Source: Candidatus Latescibacterota bacterium (GTDB lineage: Bacteria; Latescibacterota; UBA2968; UBA8231). Taken from it: DNA of 64,000 nucleotides. The notes beneath the pieces are model-generated. The model saw nothing but the letters and a program-made list of their open reading frames with translations, ran no database searches and was not told where the DNA came from. The stretch covers positions 2,912,001-2,976,000 of the forward strand of contig CBDETY010000003.1 of NCBI GenBank assembly GCA_965243025.1. Reading direction: 5' to 3'. A program made the position numbers and the translations under genes. Shown one piece after another: positions 47,115 through 56,592 of this stretch. Numbering within the stretch: position 1 is the stretch's first letter; each line of letters opens with the position of its first letter.

Positions 47115-49814
47115 GTGCAGAAGAACTTCTACGCCGCCATCGTTTTCGCCCTGGCACCCTTGCTGGTCCCCCCAGGTTCTGAGCTGTGGGGCCAGACAGG
47201 GTACCGGCTTGACCGACCGGCGCGCCAGATCGTCGCCGATACCCCGGAGCACTGGGATCACTGGGTGTTTCCAGTGGAAACAGTGGAGGTACTGGCGGCC
47301 GGTGTGCAACCGAGGCGCTGGACTATGGACTCGAACGCCGCAGACGGCATTGTCGACTTCCTGCGGGAACAGCCTCCCGACCACCTGACCGACAAGCCGC
47401 CAGAAGAGATTACCCTGCTCGACGCTGTCGGCGCGGGTTCGAATCGCGAGGGCGTTCTCAAGGTCCTGGACCGGGACCCGGCCACCTACTGGGAACCTGC
47501 CCCGCTGCCGGAGGGCGCTGATATTCCCTCCCAATGGTGGTTCACCCTCGATCTGGGCCGCGTGGTCGTCCTCAACCGGATCGCGTTGCGCTTCGTCGAC
47601 GAAGAAATGGGCTCGCCGTTCCTGCTGTTCGACGTTCTCACCTCGGACGGTCAGAAACCCCTCGCCGCCGTTGCCGGGGAATCCCTCGAATTCCTGCCCG
47701 TCCTGCAGCTGGTGAAACCCAACACCACCCGGCGTCTGTTCGAAATCGACTTCTCGGACGCGCCAGGCGATGCCCGCGAGAACGTCGCCCGTTACCTGCA
47801 GGTGGTGGTGCGCGGCTCGCGCCTGGACCGCGGCGAAGAGGTCGAGGCCGGCGAATACGAGAGGCTGCCCGAAGAAGAGCGGGGTGCGGTGGAATACATG
47901 AAGCGGCGCAGCGATGGGGGGGAAGTGGCGGTGCCCGAAGAAAACTACCGCAGCCTACCCGAGGACCGGCGGGGACCCATCCGCTACTACCTCCGCGAGC
48001 GCCCTCGCCTGGCCGAGCTCGAGGTCCGGGCGGAAGGTGAAGACCTGGCACGGCGGCTCCTCGACAGGGGTGGCAGCGTCGCCCTCCACCCGGCGGTCGA
48101 ATCCCGCCCGAACAACATGCTCGACGGCGACATTTCCACCTACCTGGGCCTCTACTACACTATCCGACCGGATCTCGAAGTTCTCGCGCCAAATATCGTG
48201 ACGGACCTGGGGGCATTCTTCTGGATCAACAGCCTGCAGATCATCATGAATCTCAGGGGCTCCGGCCACAGTTTCACCTTTGGAGATTTCCAGCTCGACT
48301 TCTCCGACGGCTCCCGGCAGGTCGACGGCAGCCTCCAGTGGGTCACGGCCAAACGGATCGTGCAGGAGCCGGTGGCCAAAGCCAGGGAAACCGTCGTTCT
48401 CGGTCTCCGATTGCACCAATCCCAGATGGAGGCCGAGCGCCATTCCTTCGCACCCGTACGGGCTCGCTACTTCCGGCTGGTGTACGAGAAGGCCGACGAT
48501 GACAGGGTGACGCTGTACCAAGGGATCCACCCGGTATCGGAGTTGCGCATGTTCGGGGAGGGGTATCAACCGCGGGTGAGCCTCGAGTCCCCTCTCATCG
48601 ACCCCCGCGGCACGCGCACGCTGACCGCCATCGAGTGGGACGCCGACACCCCGCCCGGAACTCGCGTCTTACTGCAGACCCGCACCAGCAGCACGAAGTC
48701 GGAAGTGACCCACTATTTCGACCGCCTCGGCAAGGAGGTGACGGCGGAGAGGTACGACAAGCTCAAGGAGCCCAACCCGAAGGTCAAAATCCCCGACAAC
48801 CTCCTGAAAGGGGACATCGTCATCGAGGAGATCATGGGCAGCGACGCCAGCGCCTGGAGCGAGCCGTATCCGGTGTCGGGCAGCCGCATCACCTCGCCGT
48901 CGCCACGCAACTTCGTGCAGATGCGCGCCACCCTGGTCTCGGACAGCCCCGAGGCGGCCGCCACCCTGCGCAGCGTGCGCCTGAAGTACGCCGAGCCGCT
49001 GGCGCAGCGCTTTCTGGGGGAGGTGACTCCGGCTCGGGTCGAGTCCCTGGCCGTCGAGCGGCCGTTTTCCCTGTACGTGCGTCCCGACTTCGGGCGCGCC
49101 AACCCCGGGTTCGACGGGCTCCTGCTGACCGCTCCGGACGGCCTCAGCCTGGAGGGCTTCACCCGCCTGCTGGCCGGACCGGAGCAGGAGCTGACAGCGG
49201 CCGGCGATCCGTCCTCCTTTGTCCTGACCGACGCCGTCCAGCTCGGGCCGGCCGGGGACAGTCTGCTGGTTTCCTTTCCCCTCATCGAGCCGGACGCCGA
49301 CCTGGAAGTGCTTCGCCTCGACTTCACGGGGCGGTTGTATTCGATTGGCGGGCAGGTGCAGGCGTTTGCCCGGTTTTCCGGCGAGGGGGAGACGGTCTGG
49401 CAGCAGGTGGACGGGGGCAATGCCGTCGAGGGGGTCGACAGCAACCGCCTGCTGGTGGTGGGGGTGCAGGAGCGCCGGCAGCTGATGACGGCGTTCGAGC
49501 TTCCCGCTGCGTTCACGCCGAACGGGGACGGGGTCAACGACGAGGCGGTGTTCCGCTTCGCGGTGGTGCTGGTGGGGGCCAGTCGTGCGGTGGCGGTCAG
49601 CGTCTTCGACCTGAGCGGCCGGTTGGTGCGCACCCTGCGCCAGCGGGAAGAGGTGAGCGCGGGCACCTACGAGATGAGGTGGGACGGAGCCGACGCCGGC
49701 GGGGTGCGGGTGCCCCCGGGGGTGTATGCCCTGCGCTTTCAGGTGGAGGCGGACGAGGCGGGGGCCGGCCTCGACGGGCGCGAGGTCATTCGAACCGTCG
49801 CCGTCGCCTACTAG
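47115..49814 (+). CDS. secreted FTPNGDG/FlgD-Ig C-terminal domain protein with two discoidin-like domains, family B (copy B2)
   Basis: GTG start gives signal (M)QKNFYAAIVFALAPLL...GSELWGQ, aligning with B1. The track ORF 45312-49814 is over-extended. Ends TVAVAY. Confidence 0.85.
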   Translation: MQKNFYAAIVFALAPLLVPPGSELWGQTGYRLDRPARQIVADTPEHWDHWVFPVETVEVLAAGVQPRRWTMDSNAADGIVDFLREQPPDHLTDKPPEEITLLDAVGAGSNREGVLKVLDRDPATYWEPAPLPEGADIPSQWWFTLDLGRVVVLNRIALRFVDEEMGSPFLLFDVLTSDGQKPLAAVAGESLEFLPVLQLVKPNTTRRLFEIDFSDAPGDARENVARYLQVVVRGSRLDRGEEVEAGEYERLPEEERGAVEYMKRRSDGGEVAVPEENYRSLPEDRRGPIRYYLRERPRLAELEVRAEGEDLARRLLDRGGSVALHPAVESRPNNMLDGDISTYLGLYYTIRPDLEVLAPNIVTDLGAFFWINSLQIIMNLRGSGHSFTFGDFQLDFSDGSRQVDGSLQWVTAKRIVQEPVAKARETVVLGLRLHQSQMEAERHSFAPVRARYFRLVYEKADDDRVTLYQGIHPVSELRMFGEGYQPRVSLESPLIDPRGTRTLTAIEWDADTPPGTRVLLQTRTSSTKSEVTHYFDRLGKEVTAERYDKLKEPNPKVKIPDNLLKGDIVIEEIMGSDASAWSEPYPVSGSRITSPSPRNFVQMRATLVSDSPEAAATLRSVRLKYAEPLAQRFLGEVTPARVESLAVERPFSLYVRPDFGRANPGFDGLLLTAPDGLSLEGFTRLLAGPEQELTAAGDPSSFVLTDAVQLGPAGDSLLVSFPLIEPDADLEVLRLDFTGRLYSIGGQVQAFARFSGEGETVWQQVDGGNAVEGVDSNRLLVVGVQERRQLMTAFELPAAFTPNGDGVNDEAVFRFAVVLVGASRAVAVSVFDLSGRLVRTLRQREEVSAGTYEMRWDGADAGGVRVPPGVYALRFQVEADEAGAGLDGREVIRTVAVAY
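48544..49812. repeat. inverted repeat, right copy (partner 32897-34165)
   Basis: Reverse complement of 32897-34165; 48906-49812 looks identical by eye. Confidence 0.92.
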
Positions 49815-49825
49815 GAGACCGAGCC

Positions 49826-52069
49826 TTGGAATTCCATTTTTCATCGATTGGCCGCCTTCCCCTGTTTTTTTTCGGGCTGGCCGCCGTGGCTTGGGCTGAC
49901 GATCTCCCCCCCAGGGTCATCGGGGAAGGGGGGGTGCCGTGGGATGGCGGCGGCGGCGGAACCATCCCGGCCCTGTGGAAGTTGTCCGAAGAGGGGGTAG
50001 AAGAGACGAACACGCCCGGCAACGTGGTCGACTTCGACGTGGCCGACTACCCCAACTGGCTGTTTCCGCAGCAGATCGACAGTACCAGGAGCATTCTGAT
50101 CGGACTCGGATCCAGGGAGCGCGGGGGGAGCGTCCACACCCCAACGTTCACTTTCAACAGCCTCACACCCGAGTTTCCGCTCATGTTCGACGACGATGCG
50201 GAGACGGCCTTCGCAATGCGCGCGGACCGGCCAGGGGAGGCAGCCGGGGGGCGTGGGTTGCTCATCCAGTTCGACTTGGGGAACGTTTTCAGCGTCAACC
50301 GCATCCGGTTCTTCCCACGGAACGCCGATCCCGCCTATCCCGCCCCCGCTTACCCATTCGAAAAGGACTTCATAAAGGCGTACGAGATCTTGACCAACGA
50401 CGGCTCCCCTGAAGCGCTCCGCTTCGGTATCCTCGACTTCACGCGCCTGGTCCGAGTGGAGCAGAGCGAGGAGGCCGTCGTCGATATCCGGATCGAACCG
50501 CAGTTCATGCGGCACCTGCGCTTCAAATCGCTGAGTGATCTCGACTTCGAGATCGCTGAATTCCAGGTCTTCTCTCTCGGTTTCGTGCCGCAGGCGACTT
50601 ACGTCTCCAACGTCTTCGATTTTGGTGACCCGGCTTTGCTGGGCAATCTGCGCTGGGTTCAGGAGAAGTTCGGAGACGCCCGTCAGTCACAGGTTCAGAT
50701 CCGTACGCGAACCGGACTCGACCGGCAACCCCTCGAATTCACCAGGGAGGGCGTCCAGAGCACCGGCAGGGTCAGGAATGTTCGCGTGGTTCTCGGAGTG
50801 AGGGAAGAGGAGATCCTCATCGATGCGGCGTGGAAGAAAGGGGAGAACCTGGAGGACGAGGAGTTGCGACGCATCGTGGATTCCGTCCTCGACAACCCCG
50901 AAATCGACGGGCAGGAAGCCCTGCTCCACTACCAGCTGCTGCCTCCGGAGACGAGGGAACTCCTCGCCCTGAATCAGGAGGATTACTTCGACCTGGATGA
51001 GGAGGAGCGCACAGGAATAGGAGACGATCTGACCAGTTGGAGCGCCTGGTCTCCCCCGTACGCCCTGGAGGGGAAGGTGGTCGAGGCGGATCTCCTGAAC
51101 CCCGAACTGGGAACTCCCCTCACATCGCCTGACGTCCGGAGATTTTTCCAGTTCATGGTGGAATTCACCAGCGAGGCGTTTGACGCCGCCACGGGGTTGG
51201 GAGCGCTGGCGTTCGATGTGGCTGTCCCCAGCTACGCCGACTCGCTGGTCGGGGAAATCGCACCCAGGGCCGCTGCCCTTGCCGAAGACACGGAGTTCAC
51301 CTACGCGGTGCTCGTCAAGATTGGTTCCGGGAGCGGGTTCGACCGACTGGAGATCGACACGCCCTTGAGGACAAGCGCCGTCGGACTGGTCGAAATCATC
51401 AGAACTGACGGGAGCGCCCTGACGGCGGACTTCACCGGCACTGATCTCGAGACCCTCCCTGTGACTGACAACAGCATTTCCATCACTGGGATCGGAAGCA
51501 ATCAGTTGGCCCTCTCCTTCCCCGAAATCAACGGGGACAATACCCTGCTGAGAGTGCAGTTCAGGAACGCCGTGCTTCGGTTCGCGACCCGCTTCGGCAG
51601 TCATGCGTTCAAAGGGGAAAGCCGCATCGGGCAGCGGGTGTTGCCCGGCAATGCGACTGATTTGCGCAGCGTGGGCATCGACGATGCCGACCTCGTTTCG
51701 ATCGGCACCCTGAAGGAGGGCAACCTGTCGGTTTCGGTTCCTATATCGAAAGACCTCCTGGTAAACGTGGCCGCCGATCCGCCGGTCTTCACCCCGAACG
51801 GGGATGGCGTCAACGACGAGTCAGTCATCGGATATGACGTCACCAACATTGGGAAGCCCACAGATGTGCAGGTCGGGATTTACGATCTCAGCGGCCGTCT
51901 CGTTCGGCAGTTCGATGATTTGCGGACGAGCGGCCGTTACGGCAGCGGCTGGGACGGTCGCGACGGGTCGCGAAATCTGGTTCCCCCAGGCAATTACATC
52001 TACACCGTTTCCATCGACGCCAACAAGGGCAACCTCGAACGCTCCGGGGTGGTGAGGGTGGCGTATTAG
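49826..52069 (+). CDS. secreted FTPNGDG/FlgD-Ig C-terminal domain protein with discoidin-like domain, family C
   Basis: TTG start 8 nt after AGGAG, signal ...LFFFGLAAVAWA, QFDLGNVFSVNRIRFFP, WSAWSPPY, FTPNGDGVND and terminal VVRVAY. The track ORF from 48635 is over-extended. Confidence 0.83.
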   Translation: MEFHFSSIGRLPLFFFGLAAVAWADDLPPRVIGEGGVPWDGGGGGTIPALWKLSEEGVEETNTPGNVVDFDVADYPNWLFPQQIDSTRSILIGLGSRERGGSVHTPTFTFNSLTPEFPLMFDDDAETAFAMRADRPGEAAGGRGLLIQFDLGNVFSVNRIRFFPRNADPAYPAPAYPFEKDFIKAYEILTNDGSPEALRFGILDFTRLVRVEQSEEAVVDIRIEPQFMRHLRFKSLSDLDFEIAEFQVFSLGFVPQATYVSNVFDFGDPALLGNLRWVQEKFGDARQSQVQIRTRTGLDRQPLEFTREGVQSTGRVRNVRVVLGVREEEILIDAAWKKGENLEDEELRRIVDSVLDNPEIDGQEALLHYQLLPPETRELLALNQEDYFDLDEEERTGIGDDLTSWSAWSPPYALEGKVVEADLLNPELGTPLTSPDVRRFFQFMVEFTSEAFDAATGLGALAFDVAVPSYADSLVGEIAPRAAALAEDTEFTYAVLVKIGSGSGFDRLEIDTPLRTSAVGLVEIIRTDGSALTADFTGTDLETLPVTDNSISITGIGSNQLALSFPEINGDNTLLRVQFRNAVLRFATRFGSHAFKGESRIGQRVLPGNATDLRSVGIDDADLVSIGTLKEGNLSVSVPISKDLLVNVAADPPVFTPNGDGVNDESVIGYDVTNIGKPTDVQVGIYDLSGRLVRQFDDLRTSGRYGSGWDGRDGSRNLVPPGNYIYTVSIDANKGNLERSGVVRVAY

Positions 52070-52195
52070 CCCCCAATGTCCGGGTTGGCGCATTGAGCTT
52101 GATGAACGCAGTGTAACGGGTGTTAGCGAGTTTCAATGGCGAACGTGGCGTATCGAGCATTTGAGGGAAGCAGGGCAGTGCCAAGGTTGGCCGCG

Positions 52196-54979
52196 ATGGC
52201 TCGAAGCCGATTTATTCACCTCCTTCTTGCCGCGTCGATTTTCGCCGCGGGGTCGGCGGAAGCCGAACGGGATTACGGAAACAGGATCGGGGTTCGTCGA
52301 GGTCATACTACCAGTTTCGAACCCCACGGCCCCGGGGTGATGTTCGGCCCTCTCGATCCGACGGTGCAGCGGTGGTACGTGCCTCAGGAGCTGTATGGCC
52401 AGTTCCAGTGGCGCCAATGGGAGCTGGCGAACTACGCGCGGATTCGGTACCAGCGGTATGTCAACACGAATATCGAGGGAGACCACTTCTACGATATCTT
52501 CGGCGACTACGTGAACCACGGATGGCTTGTATACGATTGGCGTCAGGACCAGCCCAAGGCGTTTGGCAGCGCCGTCTTCAAAGGGGAACAGTTCGACAGC
52601 TGGTTCAGCTCCGTATCCATCAGCAGCGATGGTTCAGGGCAAAACAGATACGCCATCACAGTGGGAAACCAGATCCGCGCCGGCCTCACGCCCATGACGT
52701 TCTCCAAGCCGACCTTCAACGGCGTCCAGTTCGATTTCATGTCCGACAAGTACGCCGCCACGGTGTTGGCATCCCGCATCAGCGACCCGGCTCGGGGAGT
52801 GCTCAGGGAGCCGGATTTGACGACGAACTCGACGGGGCTCATCGGCGGCCGGGTCACCACGCAGGTTGGCGACTTCATCACCGTTGGGGCCACCCTGGTC
52901 GACGCGCGCAACTCAAACGCGACGATGGACATGTTCGAGGGGAACCTGGTGGCCGGTAATCTCACGGAAGGTCAGAGTCAGGAACCTGTGGAGGTTATCG
53001 CGGTGGTGCTGGGCGACGATTCGCCGGACGATGACATCGGCGGTGCGGCGCTCTTCAGCCACGATATCCGCATCACCGCCAGGGATTTCGACACCGGCGG
53101 CGAGACCGTGTTCACACTGGAACAGGTTGTGCGTGAAGGGTCGGCGTGGCCCGCGGTCTTCGGCGGTATTCCGAAGCGCGGTTTCCTGGCCGCCGACGGC
53201 GAGGAGCTGATCGTCCTGAATTACGATTTCCGCGATCCCGCCTACACCGGCCCCGACGAGACCACGATCGTCAAAATCGAGTTCGACTACGTCCTGGCGA
53301 ACGACTATACCGTTCAAGTCTGGTCCAACCGCCAGACCGGAAGGCGGGCAATGACGACGCCGCCCTTGACCGGCGAGAGCATTCGCGCCGAGGAACCCGC
53401 CCTCCTGACCGTGGAACGCGCACGGGGCAACGTGAAGGACAAGTCCAACCTCCGTCGCCTGCGCTTCGAGTACGGCCTGCCTACCGCCAACCTCGTCGGG
53501 GGGTTCACAATCGAAGGCACCGACCTGTGGGGCATCGACTTCTACGGCGAATGGGACCGCAACCTGAGATACAGTCAGTACCCCAATGCCGGTCTGTTCA
53601 GTGCCCGGGACGGTCACGAAGTCAGTTCCAAAAGCGCCGACGCCTGGCAGCTTTCGATGTCAAAGGTGGCGTATCCGTTCTTCGTGTACGGTGAGGGGTA
53701 TTCCTTCGCCGACGACTATTCCACCGCCGCCTTCGTGGTCGATGAAGACGGCAATGTCACCTACGACGACCCCTCCATTTTTTCCTACGAATTCGTCGAC
53801 GACAACGACGATCAGGACCGCCTTCCCGATTGGATCCGCAGCGGTTCCCAGGCCGGCGATCGAGTCATCTTCCCGGGATGGGATGCCAACAACGACTTCA
53901 TCTCGGATTTCAACCAGAACGACAACTCCACCGTGGCCAACGAGCTTCCGGACTACGAGGAGCCCTTCCTGAGGCACGATGTCGACCGGCCGGAGTTCCT
54001 CTTCGGCATCGATCTGAACAACAACGGCTGGATTGACCGCTTCGAGGACGACGACCTTCCCGATTACCCTTACAAGAAGGACCGACGGGGATACAACGCC
54101 TACGCAGGGACACATCTGGGGCCCGATGTGCGGTTCACCGCCGGGCGCAGTTACGAGCGCATGTTCTCGGATGACCGCGACAACACTACTTCATACGGGC
54201 TGCTCACCGTGGACAAGAACCACCCAGGGGTGGGCAGGGTGCGCCTCTTCGATATGTTGAAACTTGCCCGGGATTCAGTTCCCGATTTACGCCGGAGCCC
54301 GACGCCTTTCCTCAGGGCCCCGGTGCAGCCGGTGATCGAGGATGTCCTGCCGGCGCAGGATACCTGGGTCAACAGCCTGTGGCTCGGTTTCGACTATACC
54401 GGCATCCCGGATGTGCGGATCGAGAACAAGCTCAAGCATGAATTCTACAAACAACGAAAAGAGAATTCACTCGATGCGACCGGGCGCCCGTTGCAGGAGA
54501 CTTCCTGGCTGTTCGGTCTTGTGAACAAGGCGGAATACGGGCACCGACTCCGAAACCTCGATCTGACCGCCAAGTTCAAGAGCGAGGTCTTCAGTCAGGA
54601 AAGCCTCCTCAAAGGCGAGGAGGACCGGAAACACTGGATGGGGATAGTGACTCTGCTCGGCAAACTGCCGGTACTCTCCCACAGCGTCGTCACCACCGGC
54701 CTGGAGTTCGCGCAGTTCAACGACCGCGTCAAAGACGAAAACGAGATGGTTGGCAGCAGAATGGCCGGTGAGACCGGGGACTTCCGCTCCGTGAACCTCG
54801 CCTTTCAGCTCTCGAACACTTCGAATTATCTGGGTTACGTCCTGACCACAGAAGCCGGTTTCCGGATCGGTCGCGTTTCCGAGGAAATCGTGCGCTCGCG
54901 AGACGGGGAATTCGAACACGCGACCAAGGGAACGACTCAGAGGACCAGCTTCATCGTCATGTACGCCGGCGTCCAATAA
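52196..54979 (+). CDS. large exported protein, putative outer-membrane beta-barrel, family D (copy D3)
   Basis: Signal MARSRFIHLLLAASIFAAGSAEA (alternative starts 52136 or 52178). Colinear with D1 throughout; ends FIVMYAGVQ. Confidence 0.82.
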   Translation: MARSRFIHLLLAASIFAAGSAEAERDYGNRIGVRRGHTTSFEPHGPGVMFGPLDPTVQRWYVPQELYGQFQWRQWELANYARIRYQRYVNTNIEGDHFYDIFGDYVNHGWLVYDWRQDQPKAFGSAVFKGEQFDSWFSSVSISSDGSGQNRYAITVGNQIRAGLTPMTFSKPTFNGVQFDFMSDKYAATVLASRISDPARGVLREPDLTTNSTGLIGGRVTTQVGDFITVGATLVDARNSNATMDMFEGNLVAGNLTEGQSQEPVEVIAVVLGDDSPDDDIGGAALFSHDIRITARDFDTGGETVFTLEQVVREGSAWPAVFGGIPKRGFLAADGEELIVLNYDFRDPAYTGPDETTIVKIEFDYVLANDYTVQVWSNRQTGRRAMTTPPLTGESIRAEEPALLTVERARGNVKDKSNLRRLRFEYGLPTANLVGGFTIEGTDLWGIDFYGEWDRNLRYSQYPNAGLFSARDGHEVSSKSADAWQLSMSKVAYPFFVYGEGYSFADDYSTAAFVVDEDGNVTYDDPSIFSYEFVDDNDDQDRLPDWIRSGSQAGDRVIFPGWDANNDFISDFNQNDNSTVANELPDYEEPFLRHDVDRPEFLFGIDLNNNGWIDRFEDDDLPDYPYKKDRRGYNAYAGTHLGPDVRFTAGRSYERMFSDDRDNTTSYGLLTVDKNHPGVGRVRLFDMLKLARDSVPDLRRSPTPFLRAPVQPVIEDVLPAQDTWVNSLWLGFDYTGIPDVRIENKLKHEFYKQRKENSLDATGRPLQETSWLFGLVNKAEYGHRLRNLDLTAKFKSEVFSQESLLKGEEDRKHWMGIVTLLGKLPVLSHSVVTTGLEFAQFNDRVKDENEMVGSRMAGETGDFRSVNLAFQLSNTSNYLGYVLTTEAGFRIGRVSEEIVRSRDGEFEHATKGTTQRTSFIVMYAGVQ

Positions 54980-55018
54980 GGGCTCACCGAAGCAGTCATA
55001 CCGCGAAACCCCCCGGCT

Positions 55019-56152
55019 TTACTGAATCAACTCCGTCGTTTCCGACTCGATTACCTCCATGTCGAGATCGACGCCCAGTCCCGGACCCTCCGGCATCTCG
55101 ACATAGCCGTCCGACACCTTCAGGGGGTTTCTTACCGCAGGATTCGTGTAGGCCTCGAAAGGGGGGTGCACCTCGAGGAGCACGGTGTTCTCGATGGCGC
55201 CGTTTACGTGGAGGGATGAGAATCCCCACATGGGGGTGGTGGCCGACACGTGAATGGACACACCGAAGCTGTAGGCCAGTTGCGCCAGCTTGAGCATCTC
55301 CGTGATGCCGCCCATCTCGACATAAGGCTTGATGCCGTCGGCAACTCCCAGGGCCAGCATCTGGGCGTAGCTGTGGAGGTGGTGGGGGAAATACTCACCG
55401 GCTACGATGGGAATCTCCAGGGTGTCGCGGAGTTTTTTCAGGCCGAGGAAATCGTGGTCCCTCAGCGGCTCCTCGAACCAGGTGAAGTCGTACTCCTCAA
55501 GAGCGCGGCCGACCCGGACCGCCTCTTTGTGCTCGTAATAGCCAACGGCATCGTGCATCAGGTGAAAGTCGGGACCGACTGCGTCGCGCAGCTTGCCGGC
55601 CAGCTCGATCATGAACTTCGGGCCAGCGTAGCAATGGTCCTTGCTGCCGAGGTACCCGTCCTCCTTGACCTGCAGGGCAAACTCCAGAAAATGGTCCATC
55701 GACTTGCCCTCGGGGCCCATCGTGCCCGACTGTGTGCGGTAGGCCGGCACCTTGTCACGGCAGGCTCCCAGAAGGCGCCAGACCGGCATTCCGTGTCGCT
55801 TGCCCGCGATGTCCCAGAGGGCAACGTCGATGGAACCCCGCAATTTCTTCGGGGGCCACAACAGGCGTTCCCGCATCAGGTTGTCGTGCCACATCCTTTC
55901 GTGGGCCAAAGCGTCGCGGCCGATCAGGTAGTCGCGGAAGGGACCGGTAATTACGTGCGCCATCTCCGGGTCGATCAGATTGCACCACCCTTCGATACCG
56001 TCTTCGGTTATGATGCGGAGGAGACCGTCCCTCTTCCCCACGCCCTTGTCGAAACCGAGCATGTGCACCTTCAGGTCGACGATGGGAAGCGGGTCGTAGC
56101 CTTCGTACTCGACCGGCTGCCAGGGGCCGGCGCTGCGGTTGTCGGTTACCAT
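55019..56152 (-). CDS. mandelate racemase/muconate lactonizing enzyme (enolase superfamily) protein
   Basis: IDVALWDIAGK..GMPVWRLLG, LMHDA, WFEEPL, AGE and PEGPGLGVD. Start set at ATG 56152. Confidence 0.9.
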   Translation of the reverse strand: MVTDNRSAGPWQPVEYEGYDPLPIVDLKVHMLGFDKGVGKRDGLLRIITEDGIEGWCNLIDPEMAHVITGPFRDYLIGRDALAHERMWHDNLMRERLLWPPKKLRGSIDVALWDIAGKRHGMPVWRLLGACRDKVPAYRTQSGTMGPEGKSMDHFLEFALQVKEDGYLGSKDHCYAGPKFMIELAGKLRDAVGPDFHLMHDAVGYYEHKEAVRVGRALEEYDFTWFEEPLRDHDFLGLKKLRDTLEIPIVAGEYFPHHLHSYAQMLALGVADGIKPYVEMGGITEMLKLAQLAYSFGVSIHVSATTPMWGFSSLHVNGAIENTVLLEVHPPFEAYTNPAVRNPLKVSDGYVEMPEGPGLGVDLDMEVIESETTELIQ

Positions 56153-56592
56153 TTCAATTCCGTTTCTGTCATGGGTTGGAAGTCGCGAAGCGCGGAGCCG
56201 CGGAATCGGTATCCCTGTTCGCCGTCGGACCTGCGCTCCGGTGATCGGGGCCGGGGGCGTTACCACCTCCCCGAACTTGAACGCGTCCTTCAAAGCGGGG
56301 GGATCGGCCGTCTCCCGACCATCCAACGGAGGTGACGACCCGGCTCGTCATCGCAAAATGTCGCGATGGCCTCCATGGTGAGACAAGGTTGCCATCCCGG
56401 CTGTCGGGAGTGTCGACCGAGCCCGCGCCAGTCGATCCTGTCCGCAGTTGCGAGGGAGAAACGCGGCCTTTCTCATCAGGTTTGCGGAATATACCTTAAG
56501 CCCAACCGGTTTCAAACGAGACGCCAACTTTTTTTTCAACCTCGTCCGGGGCCGATTGACCCGCCCCCTGGACCCGCCGCAACCCCTCCCCG

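Noticed and set aside
32897-49812. Classical shufflon or composite transposon
   Set aside because: I saw no recombinase or transposase gene and no short crossover sites. The repeats are gene-internal and over 1 kb long.
45312-49814. 1500-aa ORF apparently fusing the A2 region to B2
   Set aside because: The first ~600 codons are an Arg/Pro-rich off-frame reading of A2. The real gene starts near 47115 with a signal peptide matching B1.
48635-52069. 1144-aa ORF
   Set aside because: The N-terminal ~400 codons are an off-frame reading of B2. An RBS, TTG start and signal peptide are at 49826.
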